64,000 nucleotides of DNA from Daphnia carinata (taxonomy: Eukaryota). Below, piece after piece: positions 24,128-36,285 of the stretch. How positions within the stretch are numbered: the first letter of the stretch is position 1; every line of letters starts with the position of its first letter. The translations under genes were made by a program, and so were the position numbers. The DNA lies in contig NC_081331.1 in assembly GCF_022539665.2 (NCBI RefSeq), positions 11,222,001 to 11,286,000 of the forward strand. Direction: 5' to 3'. A model generated the notes under the pieces. It was not told the DNA's origin. It was given only the letters and a program-made list of their open reading frames with translations, and ran no database searches.

Positions 24128-26375
24128 TCAGAGATGGACAACATCTGTTTCGTTATACTGGTGATGCGGCTGAAAACGTCCATCGATAAATTGTGTTAAA
24201 CTTAGGCTAGTATTTACTGCAACTGATTTAACGTTACTCTTACCATAGTGCCAAAAAAGTCTTCAAGATTCTGAGTATAGAGCCTTGTTAGCCGAAGGGA
24301 ATCCTGCCCCAATACAAGAAAATGAAATTCAATATACGAATCATTAAGGTACTTAAGTGTCTCTAAACCTGAATATGAGTTTTAAGTAGGTGTTTGATGT
24401 CAATGTCGGTCTCATCAGTTCCGAACGGATTTACGGCGGCTCGTCCAAATTTCAACCAGGCAAGAAAAATGAAAAACTAAATTTAAAATGTAAAATCAAA
24501 AGGGATTTTGCTGAGCGTGGTATCGTGTCCTCTTGTAGGCTATAAAATTTGGAAATCACCTGCATGCTAGGTAAAATAGGAAAGAAGGAAACGATGTTGT
24601 TTGCCAAATGATTCTCCTCATCACTGTCGTCTTCTAGGTTACGCGCCATCAACGTAAGCAATCCGAAAGCGTAAACCATTATGATAGCAGCCTGTTCTAG
24701 ACAAAAGAGACAATGAAACATATCCAAGTAAAGATCCGTTCACACCAAAATGACTATTCTATAAAAATAAGGATTTTAATGCGCGCTACATGGGTTCGAA
24801 ATTTTCAACTTTAGAACCATGCATCAGTTAAACCTGGAATTTCAAAAAATTGTCTAAATTATCCCGCTAACCATATCATACCTGAATAAGTGCATGTGGG
24901 ATGTTGTGGGTTCCAAACTGTTGTGCGAACATTTCAAACGAAAACAGAATTAGAGTTAGCCAATACATGAAAGAAATCTATCAAACTTTGATCGTGTTCC
25001 CGCAGCTTTTCTTGAAGGCAAGCACAGCTTCAACAAGTTTTAAATGGCTGGATTTTTCGGCAAAACGATTGTGCGTCGATGTCTCCTTGAGCAGCAGCAG
25101 CATCCCTAATTTTTTCCAATCACAAAATGTTTTGCTCTGAATTCTGTATTTAAATTATTGATAAAGTTACAATCGATGGCCACTAAAGGTCGTGGTGTGG
25201 AATTTTCAGCGTCAGCTTCAACCCTTTCCAAAATTAATCTCTCTTTATCTCGAAGGATTCCTTAGATTGGATTACGGAAATAAAAGAGAAAATCTGTTAA
25301 AAGACGTCAGCACAGCTTGCAGAAAAAAAAAATCCATTAATACATACCAGCCGTTTGAAGTGAAAACATGTCGGGATACATGTCGCGCAATGGTTTGCTT
25401 ACCAAACGGAATGTTAAAATCCATGCTATGACAGTCCAACGAGCAAATTGTTCAACTATGAACGGGCCCTTTACGTGACAATGAACAAAAAATGGGCGTA
25501 CTTTGCTATCAAGATAAGCTACAGGTTTTTCTTAATTAAAGTAAGAATTGATTAATTACTTCAGGCATATTTGGTTTAATTGCTAAAGTAAAACAGCCGA
25601 TGACTTTAGCCGTGCCGGGCATCATCGTTTGCATGGAGAAGAGACGCTGCATTGCCGTCGACGTAAAGAAGCCCAGCATGATCATGAAATTAAAAGAATT
25701 TTCATTTCTCGAACAATATTTAGCCAGCGCCATAAATGTTCTATAACAAAGACAACAGTGATTATGCAAGAGCTTCTTTAACAGATAATTCCTTTTGGCG
25801 TACAGCCATGTTCGCGCTGCGTACTCATGCGAGATAAATACCGATTACTCATACTGTGTACATGAACAAACTACCACGACATAGACGGTGCGTAACGATG
25901 TGAACATGGCTATATACACAAATACGGGCAAATAGAAAGGTGTATCCTTACTTTTGTCCGTCCTCATCAAGGATGAATTTATGCAGTATAGTGAGCATGT
26001 AATAGAGCGCGTAGTACAGCAACAAGTTTCGCCATACCAGTTTGTAAATGCTTCCTTTCCACCTGCATACAGATGAGACACAATGACACTGTATATCCCA
26101 CACGTTAATTGGCTCCTTGTAAGTAGCTTGTACATTCACATCAGCCGGCCCAGTCAGTCACCTTTCAGGGAGTCACAGGGTTACCTGATGTATATCGTGC
26201 TAACGTGACGTGAACTACAGGTAAACTCTTACAAGGTGTAGACTTGTGTGATTACGTACCGCATTAGGATGCAAATACATTCTCCGAAACGGTTGGCATC
26301 GGGAGCAGTTTGTGCCACCGCTAAGGCGGATGGCACTTGGAACACTTGTGATTTGCTTCGTTCGTAGTGCATCAT
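24128..26375 (-). CDS. Divergent bestrophin-like channel, copy D (11 exons)
   Basis: MMHYERSK...CILMR|WKGSIYK...FNFMIMLGFFTSTAMQRLF...NPFGTDETDID...DVVHL*. Extra intron at 25106-25170. Confidence 0.88.
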
Positions 26376-27644
26376 GGTGGTTAGATCAGTCAATCTTTAC
26401 AGCGGATGTCAGGTTAACTAACTAAGCAGGTGAGAGGGCATCAGTATCAAACGGCAGCCGATCGCCATGAATTCTTTGTTGAGACTGTGGGCAGGGCGAG
26501 TTTCGCTAAACAGTCAAAACAGTTTCACTTGAGGAATCCCGGAAGAGCACGAAAAAACAATCGGCAGATATGACGAGCCCCGCCCTTTGGCTCCCGTTGA
26601 TCTTGCTCGAATCAGCTGAACGCCAAAACTGGGTCTGATGCTGTTTCACAGAAAGGACGACCTAATTACCAATGGGCTTACAGAATGAATTATTTCGTCT
26701 ACAAATGATTCGGAGCAGTCTGCTGGCCTGCGACCTACATCACTTCAGCCTCATTGACAAAACAAGTGGCCGCAAGCAAATCGATTTTCTTGACCCTTCC
26801 CCAACTATTTTTTTTTCTCGTCGTTTTTCTATGGGTTTGAAATAGAATCCAAAAAGGCAAAAGGAGTGGGCTGCCAAAAAAAAAAAAAACGTCTATGGCT
26901 ACAGTGGAACGTGAGGTATCAAAAGGCCTACAAGATTTTATTATAGACGTTAATCTTTAAAAAATTGTTCTATTCTAGACTGCGGGCGTGTGGCTAAACA
27001 GTTTTCAAAAGATAATAAAAAAGAAAACTATTGCGGAAGTGATTGGTTTTGATCACCATCAAACAAGAGATAAAGAAAAAAGAGGCAGATACAACTGCGT
27101 GATCTCATGGCCTCGAAAAAAAGGGAAAATTGCTCTAGATCTCTTGAGGGCTAGCTAGATCTTTCTCTTTTTTCTCACTGAAAGGCCGACGCCCTTTTGT
27201 GACACCGTTACGGCTTTCTCTATTTTCACTCACAATTTTGTTTTTGTCTAGGACAAAATCCTTAAAAACAAAAAGAATCCGTTTCTACCCATTCAAAAAA
27301 ACCACTTTGTTTTTCGAAATTCAAGGATCATCCAATGGCAAGAAAAACTAGTTTTATTATTTTTTTTCCTGAATTTGGTTTTACATTTAGATTTATGGCT
27401 GTCCGTTACGGACTTGCCGTTGTTCAACGGACACCACGAACGCGCTCATCCCTTATCCATAGTGCCAGTATTATTCAATAACTAAATGCACCTTGGAAAC
27501 CGCTATACTTAAATAAACAATACGCGTAATAGCTTACACCATGCTAAGCTATTAACTGTGGAATTGAAACACTAAATTCATTAAACAATTACAAACAGAT
27601 TGAGAATCAACAGTTGCTAACTGTATGGCTAAGTATTCCCTCTA

Positions 27645-29746
27645 TTACCACATAGAGTTATTTCGTGCTTGAACATAATCGGTATCATCGATTGTAATGC
27701 AAGTAGCATCTCTATTAGGCATCAGAAGGGCAGTCTCTTTGCGTTTCCTTTCGTCTTTTGCTGTAGAGCCCAGGACGGAAAACGAACCGATTTCAGGTGA
27801 CGAAGCCATTTTGTATAAAACTGGAGGTTTAGTTTCTGGAATCTCTTCAGCCTTAGATGCTTGGCCGTCATTATCTTTCGGTGGTTCAGCCACGTCGAAG
27901 AATCGCTTTTGTGGCTGAAAAATAAAAATAAATTCAGTCATAGATCATTGAAACAGGTAACTGGACGAATAAGGGCCTTACTAAATCAGGAAACAAGTTT
28001 TCCAATTTGAGGGAATACAAAGTGCCTAATCGTCTATAGTCCTGTAAAGCAACAAGAGTTTAAAACATGAATAAGAAAGCCAATAATCAACAACCAGAAT
28101 TACATCAATGTGAGCTTGAAGAAGTTGTTCGATGTCGATGTCGGTTTCGTCCTCGCCAAAAGGGTTAACAGCCATCCGGCCGAATGTCAGCCACGCAAAG
28201 AAGATGAAAAACTGCACAAGACACGGTTAGAGTTTCAATGAAATGTTGTCATCCACCGAACGGTATCACCTGCATCAGTGGCATGATTGGGGCGTACGAA
28301 ATGATGGCCCTTACGATGACGTCCTGATCGGGACGGCTAGTGTCCTTGTACGTGAGAATTTCGTCTGCAGAGTTTTCGTTAAAACTTTCACCTTGTGCAT
28401 CAGGTTTTCCGGCTTGCTGACTTTGATAGGGTATCGGTAATGGCGACGATAAATCACGTGCCAACATGGTGACTAACCCAAAATAATAGACGGCTAGTAT
28501 AACAGCCTATAACGAGCATCGGGAATTGGAGGTCATCTTTAATTTTAAACTTGATACCTTTCACCATTTCTTCCTTACCTGGATGACGGCATGGGGCATA
28601 TTTTTGGTGGCGAATTTGATCATGTTCCCGCAGCTCTTTTTAAATGCCATCAACATTTCTACATTTTTATGATGGCTCGACTTGTTGTTGTAGCGACCGT
28701 ACGTTAAACATTCCTTCAGCAACAACAGCATCCCTGAAAATAAAGAGGGTTTCAAACTCGTTTGAATCGAGCTAAAAGTTACATCTCGTACTTACAATCA
28801 ATGACGATCAAAGGACGTGGAGTGAGTTCTCCATCTGTTTCAGCCCGTTCGAGAATCAGTCGTTCAAACGGTCGAAGGAGTCCTAATGCAGAACACATTT
28901 ATCACATTAAAATGGAAATGCATAAACTGTAACAAAAGGATCTCACCTTTTCTTTGGAGGGAAATCATGTCCGGATACTTCTTGCGGAGCGGTTTGCAAA
29001 CGCTCCGGAGGGCCAATATCCAGCTGAGCACTGCCCAACGGGCGTATTGGAATACGATGATGGAACCCTAGCGAAAAAAACAAACAAAAAAAACATTCAG
29101 CAATGTGTAAATACACGATCATGTGACAACATACTTCCGGAAGGTCCGTTTTCAACGACATAAGGAAGGTAGAAATTGTTTTCGCAGTACCGGGCACGGC
29201 CGTCTGCATTGTGAACAGGCGCTGTAGCGTTGTGGATGTGAAGAATCCCAACATAATCATCAAATTGAGCGTAGAAGCGCTTTTAGAAAAATACCGAGTC
29301 ACCGCTTCAAAATGTCTACAGATAAAAAGGGACATGAAGTTCAGGGATATCGAGGAAAGCAATTCAGAATGCAGTTCACCTTTTCCCGTTGTTGTTCAAA
29401 GCAAACTCGTAAATGAGCGACAATGCCACGTAAAGGATGTAATACAACAGAAAATGTCTCCACACTAATCTGTATATACTTCCTTTCCATCTGCAAATTT
29501 GCGAAGCGTTAAATTATGTCAACTATCATGGCAATCAACACGTTTTGTTTTTTACCGGAAAAGGGTTTTAATACTGTCGAAATAGCGAGCGTTGGGGGCC
29601 GTCCGTTTGACGGCTTGTAGTGATGGAACTATCATCACGTCGGATTTTTTTCTAAAAGAAAATTGTTGCGTCAACGGCATCGATGCCGCGTCCGCTGTGG
29701 TGAACTGAAACGTTCTCGCTCGGTCTACTGAACGGTGACAACTCAT
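27645..29746 (-). CDS. Divergent bestrophin-like channel, copy E (long TM3-TM4 loop, long C-tail)
   Basis: ...KTLFR|WKGSIYR...LNLMIMLGFFTSTTLQRLF...KKYPD...CGNMIKFATKNMPHAVIQ...NPFGEDETDID...SVLGST...NNSMW*. The exact start codon is uncertain (29746 or a downstream ATG). Confidence 0.85.
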
Positions 29747-31055
29747 AACGATTGGCCAACGAAAAAGGCTCTAGAATTCCAGGTCAGATGTTCAGTTTAT
29801 TGCATGGTTAATGCAAATGTTTCGGGAACTATAGGTGAGTTGAAAAACATCACTATTCAAAATCACTGAAATAGTTCCCTTTCCGGCTTTGTGGCCCTGT
29901 TAAAGAAACCTACACAATGTTTTGATTACCGAATCACGCAACGGCGAACGGTCTCAATACACTTTTTCCATGCATTAAAAACTGCTAGCGTTCGCGTCAG
30001 ACGAGGAAGAATACTGAACAGCTTGGAAGAACGTGTAACTGTGCTTAAGTAACAGCCGTGAGGCAGGTAGAAGAAAGTTGAATGTAAAAGCGAGTCGGAG
30101 CCTTGCGGCTAAATTGCCAGCTCAGCATCAACGAAATCACTATCTGGCGCTGGCAACGTGCCCAATGTAGTGATATGCCAGCATCTACGTGGACAGGTTT
30201 TTTTTTTCTGGGGATATTCATTCCCTTTTTTATTATTTGCCCACGGATGCAGGACGTATGAATGTAACTTTATTTTTTTTATTTTTTTTTAACTACTCTT
30301 CAGGCTTGGCTCAAGGGCCTGGTATGTGTATATACACCTGAAAGTAGACGAACCGGTTGTGGAACAGACAAAAAGCAGGACCGGATGTTATGATTCAGCC
30401 AAGTGATGCAATCAAGCTTGACACAATAAAAGCAGGGAAATTTTACATTACGTACCTGTATTTTACCCCATCAAATGGAATCCGGCCAGAGGATTTCATA
30501 CGAGACAAATTTTGATACTTCATTATACAGTGATTAATTTTTAGAAGGTAATTTTAATTTTGAGCTATTGATAGCAGTAACGAAACTCAGAGCTCCATTT
30601 ACATAAAAAGAAAGCAGTCAATCCCGGTTGTCTTGCGCAAAATAGTTATGACGCGAAAAGTGAAATGGCATTTTCTGCATCGTACACTTCTTTAAAAACC
30701 TTGTTGAGTAAAGGTAAAAGTCTCCCGTATGCTTTCGAGCCATTGTACCTTTTCCGGCTGCCTTTTTGCTTTTGCATAAAGTTTTCTTTCCCCGACTTGC
30801 CTCCTCCCTTTTATGCCTAGCAACAAAACGAAAAAGGAAGGGTTCGAAAAAACAAGGTCGTCGTTAATGTGGGGACCAATGGTGAACAAAATAAGGGCAG
30901 ACCAACACACATCAAAGACGTAACCGAAATTCATTTACATATAAGAAAAAACAAGAGAGCAAAAAGTATACAGATCGGTAGACTTATGTAATCCACCGTA
31001 ATCTTAAAATAAAAAGGTGGTTCGTAAAAATTAAAACTTACGTTGCCTTTGCATT

Positions 31056-32821
31056 TCAAATTGGGATTTCTGTAAATGTTGATGGACACTCGCCTTCGTT
31101 TTGAGTTCTGAATTGCTTCTGTGGCTGCAAAACGATGCAAATAAAAAAATCATTTGTCCTTAATAAGAATAAAATCGATGCATTTGAGCTTACCAAGTTA
31201 TAAAATACATCGTCTAATGTTTTAGAGTAGAGTTCAGTGAGCCAAGCCAAATCCTGCGTGCAAGAAAATTCGTGACCAACTCGTACTTGCCATCAGCATT
31301 CGACTTGCATACCTGGATGTGACTCTCACACAGTTTCCTGACGTCAATATCAGTGTCATCGCTTCCAAATGGATTCACGGCTGCTCTGCCGACGTTGAGC
31401 CACGCGATGAATACGAAAAACTAAGACAAAAATTATACAGTTAATTGTTTTTGAATGAGCGTGAAGGTGAAAGTTAAAAGCTAAACGAATGGCTAAATGT
31501 CTGGGCCAAACCTGAAGGAAGGGCATCACAGGGAAGTACGCGATAACGTGTCGGACGATTTCATTGTCAAATCTTGGAAGATTGCGAGCCATGGTTGCGA
31601 CCATTCCAAAACAATAAACAACTACAATAACGGCCTTGCAAAATGAAGGACAAAATTATTACTTCTTTTGCTTTACTTTTCTGTTTTATCATACTTGGAT
31701 CACAGAATGCGGAATATTTTGCGACGAAAACTGAAAGTGTCCAATTGAATTCGCGTATTAGTGGCTCGAGGTAAATGCAATTAACTTCTAATGGTATCTT
31801 ACTTTAACGATGTTGCTGCAACCTTTTTTGAACGTCATAACGGCCTCGACGTTCTTATTGTGACTTGACTTGTTGATGTACCTATCTTCTTTCGCACACT
31901 CTTTTAATAAAAGAAGCATCCCTAAAAGAGAAGTATACATACAGCTTAATCCACGAATAGCTTAGCGAAGAAAGACAGTAAAAATGAAATTACATTCGAT
32001 GACAATTAAAGGACGTGGCGTAGGAAATCCTCCGCGTTGAAGCATTCTTTTCTCCTCGTCGAGAAGAATCCCTACACAGAGTAAAGGTAATTCCACGTCT
32101 GAATCAACCATTGAGGATCGTGCAGTTAACCTGAATTTTGAATCGAAGTCAAGTTGGGGAACTTCTCTCTAAGTGGTTTGCATACGATGCGAAATGTGAG
32201 GATCCAAGCTAGCACGACCCAGCGAGCGTACTGATCAACAATCACTGGACCCTAATTTTTAATTCATTATTATACACATGATTTTTTTTTATCAGACGTG
32301 AACAATGTGATGTACTTCAGGTAAATTCTGTCTGAGGGACATGATGAATATGGTGGTAACCTTGGCGGTTCCAGGCGTCGTCATTTGCGTGTTGAACAGT
32401 CGATGTAGCGCCGTGTTCGTGAAGAAACCCAACATAATCATCCAATTAAATGAACGCGTACATCGTGCGAAATATGCAGTCAACGCTTCAAAATGTCTGC
32501 ACGGAATAATGACTGGGATTTTTTAAACGTCTAACTCATATTAAAACGAACGCATACTCTCTGTTTTTCTTTCCAAGGCCGAAGTTGTACAGAGCCGTTA
32601 GCGAAAAGTAAACAATAAGAAATATCAGCGAATGCCTCCAGATCATCTTATAGAGACTCTGTTTCCATCTTGACAACGAAAAAAAAAAATTCTATTTAAT
32701 ACGTATTGCTATTGTGAATAAGTGTGGATGTTATTTACTTGAAAACGATGTGGATACTTTCACCGAAACGGTTTGCATCGGCAGCTGTCAACATGGCGAT
32801 GGAGGTTTTTTTGCTGCTCAT
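31056..32821 (-). CDS. Divergent bestrophin-like channel, copy F (11 exons)
   Basis: MSSKKTS...HIVFK|WKQSLYK...FNWMIMLGFFTNTALHRLF...EKFPN...NPFGSDDTDID...TEIPI*. Confidence 0.86.
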
Positions 32822-33575
32822 GGTGTAATAGGATGCTCTACAATTGTTAAATAATACAATCTGACAATATTAAGAGTTGCCTTATACGTAGTTACCACGT
32901 ATTCTTTATTTAAACAGCAATGAAAAATAGCAATTAAAGCTGAATAACTTTGGCTTGGACTGAGCCGCTTATCAACGCCCAAAATGAATGTTGTGATTGA
33001 ATGAAAAGATAAAAATTAAAAAAAAAATTTATGTTACCTGTTTTGTGCTGAAGAAGCCGGATTTGCGCCTTCAGAACTTACCATAATGCCACTAGAAAAA
33101 CAAAGTGTGCAGCACCATCCTCATTAAGCTTCGTACTGCATAGATGCGCACTTGTGGAATGTCATACATGTTTGTTGTAACTTCCGGGCTGTCTCAAAAA
33201 TGACGAGCACCAACAGGATCGCGGAAATCCAGCCAAACCGCAGATATAATTTCCCCTAGATAAACAAACTGCGGTCGACAAAATTAACTTCTCCTAATCT
33301 GTACTAATAAACTTATTTTTTTTTTAAATAACAGGGAGAAATGAGGTTGAAGATTCGTAGGCAAACTTGACATCAATGTAACTAACGTTTAATGACTCGT
33401 CGTAATCGATCAGAGAGGTTTTGAACTGTTGCGAGATTTCAGGCAAAGCAAGTATTTAAATAGCTAAAGTCGATAAGATTTTTAATTCCATTTTATTAAT
33501 CGACTTTTACGGCATTGCATGTGAGAGTCAACACACTGAGCCATTTTCATACACCTACACAGATAAGGGAGGGAT

Positions 33576-34307
33576 TCAAATTTTGCGAGCCATCAGACGT
33601 CCAACACTATGCCCAGGGATATTAGCCAAAGGTAACTCTCCTTCGTATCTAAAGTCATCATATGTAACGCTCTTGAGAACATCGAAGCCCAACTTGGACA
33701 CCGCTTTGGCCGTGTACGCGCTCAGCGCTTCCGTCCAAACGGCACCTGCTCCATGGGCTTTTGCGATGCGCAGTGAGAGTTCCACTAATCTCGTGGCCAA
33801 GCCTTGGCGGGTGTATCGTCCATCTACAGCGAGCGCACCTATTTCCATTTTGATTTCCGTTTGGAAAATGGCGAAGATATCCACATCACGATTGATGTCT
33901 TCCAACACAGCTTTATGCAAACGACCAACGGGAATTTGCGCTGGATTGTTGCTTTTAGGAGCGTAGAGCTGATGATTGGCCCCATGTGTTGAAGTACGTT
34001 TTTTCATGTCGTTAATTGCAACTGCCACTATTTGATTGTGAAGACAAGCATCCCGCACGAGCAGCGAATAAGGTGCTTGGACGCATTCACGGACAATGTC
34101 GTCTACCCATTCGGGTCGTTTGGCTTCTTCGGATTCGTCATACAATGCAAGTTGGCGAATAGGTGCTAGCGGAAAGAAATGCTGGAGTAGAAATTCAAAT
34201 ATTTCTTGGCCGTCGTCCGGTTGGGCTATGTAGACAGTCAGCTCTTGTTGCCGCTCTACTGCCCGCTCCAATTGAAGTGGAAAGGTCAACGTGCTTTGCC
34301 CTCCCAT
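33576..34307 (-). CDS. GNAT N-acetyltransferase, insect-type arylalkylamine N-acetyltransferase (AANAT/Dat)-like; CDS intronless
   Basis: FLLQHFFPLAPI, IVAVAIN, acetyl-CoA motif A LAVDGRYTRQGLATRL, EALSAYTAKAVSKLGF, VTYDDF, PGHSVGRLMARKI. Confidence 0.85.
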   Translation of the reverse strand: MGGQSTLTFPLQLERAVERQQELTVYIAQPDDGQEIFEFLLQHFFPLAPIRQLALYDESEEAKRPEWVDDIVRECVQAPYSLLVRDACLHNQIVAVAINDMKKRTSTHGANHQLYAPKSNNPAQIPVGRLHKAVLEDINRDVDIFAIFQTEIKMEIGALAVDGRYTRQGLATRLVELSLRIAKAHGAGAVWTEALSAYTAKAVSKLGFDVLKSVTYDDFRYEGELPLANIPGHSVGRLMARKI

Positions 34308-36285
34308 TGCTAATTCTTTATTTATTTAAAAAAATTTAACTAAAGAACAAAAATAAAAAGATTCAATTGATTTAACAAAACAAACAAGTGGCAAAAAGCA
34401 AAACAATTTTCTTGAACGACGCAGCTATTTAGTTTTCGGTAGAGCACTTAGAAATGAAGTGAGAACACTGAAGCGAAATGGGGAATGTTTCAGATTTAAA
34501 GCAGCAAACCCAGTTGTGAGGCGTTGTTCGAGATTCGTAGGATTCTCTCCTAAAGAACCAAGTTGTGCGAGACGAAGGTCCAATGTCCGATGGAACACGA
34601 GTCAATGTCTAAAAAAAACAGATTACAGTTTACGTTTACGATAAATCTCAAGTAACGCGCATAGCAACAAACAAAAAATGGCTTTTCTGTAACAATATCG
34701 TAATCGTTATGTCACGGCTAAAGTTAATCACGCCGTGTTTTGTCTTATCTACTATTTACCCTTTTTACAAACGAATGTGTGGAAGGAAGTATAGTTTGGT
34801 TCTAAACTTTAAAAAAAAAAATGGGAGTTTGATAACATGTAAACAGGAAAATGGACACTTGAAACTCTTTTCCTCCTCCACTGTCGGTTGCCTTACAGTA
34901 ATGGAGACTGTGCACGGAAGGCGTTTTGTATATCTCCCAAAGTTCGTTGGAAGCATTTCTAATATTTTATGCCAATTAAAGGATGTTGGGAAGAAGGATT
35001 ACTAAAAAACGATCTCGATGTTTCATCAAACCCCAGTACAGTTTAACGGTTTTAAAATAAAGGAATAAATTCGAAATCGGATGGCACAGATGTAGGGAAC
35101 ATCACTCATTACCTTAAAGCAAAGTAGCAGGTGATTACAGAAATGCACAGGTAACTTAACGAGTCCAGTTGAACAGTATAATTAGTCGCCTCACGAAAGA
35201 ACGTGATACAGATTGATCCAATATCACAACTGAGGAAAACGAAGCGGGGATAACTTGCTGGACCTCAGTTGAAAGTTGGGCGGGACGCCGCAGCACCTTG
35301 TCTTCCAGTTGTTCTTTCACATCGGTGATACGTCAACAAAAAGCAATTGACTTACCGTCACATCACTTACCCCTGGAGATTTCGCTTTGACAGGTGAAAT
35401 GCTGGCAGGGAAATCTGTTTTTGGCAACTGTCCAACAACGTCATTGCCATTCACTGGATATCATTTTGCGCATTTGATGCAATTGTTTAACATATATGGG
35501 GAGACTGTCACGATATTAAATGGAGCAATTGAAGGTAAAAGGACAGTGAAAGCAGTGCATAAGTTTAATTTTGGCTGTTAAAAAAAGAGAGAAATTGGCA
35601 TCGGAAAATCGAGACGGAAGCTTAAAATGAAATGATCTTGGCAACGTTTTAGATGGCTTACGAAAGGAAAGGTGAGACGGCGCGCGGTTTGAATTGCATC
35701 TCCGGAAATACAAGTGTTTTGTCTGCTGAAACTGAGAAATAGATATGGTGGTTTCTATTTTTTTTTTTTTTGTGTGCGAGGTGTCGGAACATTTTTATTG
35801 TCGGGAGGCTGCCGTCCACGAGCTTCGCTTGGCCAAAATATGTAATCGTGTGCGATTTTCGTTCCCTAAATGCCTGTTGATTTCTCGTTATATTTCCACA
35901 TTCAATAGAGAAATGTCCTTTTTCTTACTGTTTCTGTGTTTTTTGGATGAATATGTATTTAGATCAATGATAAGAGTCACACTGACAAACCCCTTCACTT
36001 GTTATCCAGTGCAATGTGCTTTTCTAAATTTCCTTGGACTTAATTTTAAAACTGGTACGTCGTTTAAGGCTTTTGTTTATTGTTTATCTTGTCAACCTTT
36101 TAGATTTCTCCCATGTAGCTGTCACGTTTCAATTTTCTTGACGACTTGTCTCGTCGTTTTATCAATGGTGTCATTGCCTGCGTAATCGAACCATTAGTTC
36201 AAACGATAAATAAACATTAAACTAAAAAAAACTCAATGAATTGATTTTATTTTTCAAAGCTGCCGTTACACATCAACAAAAGGCA

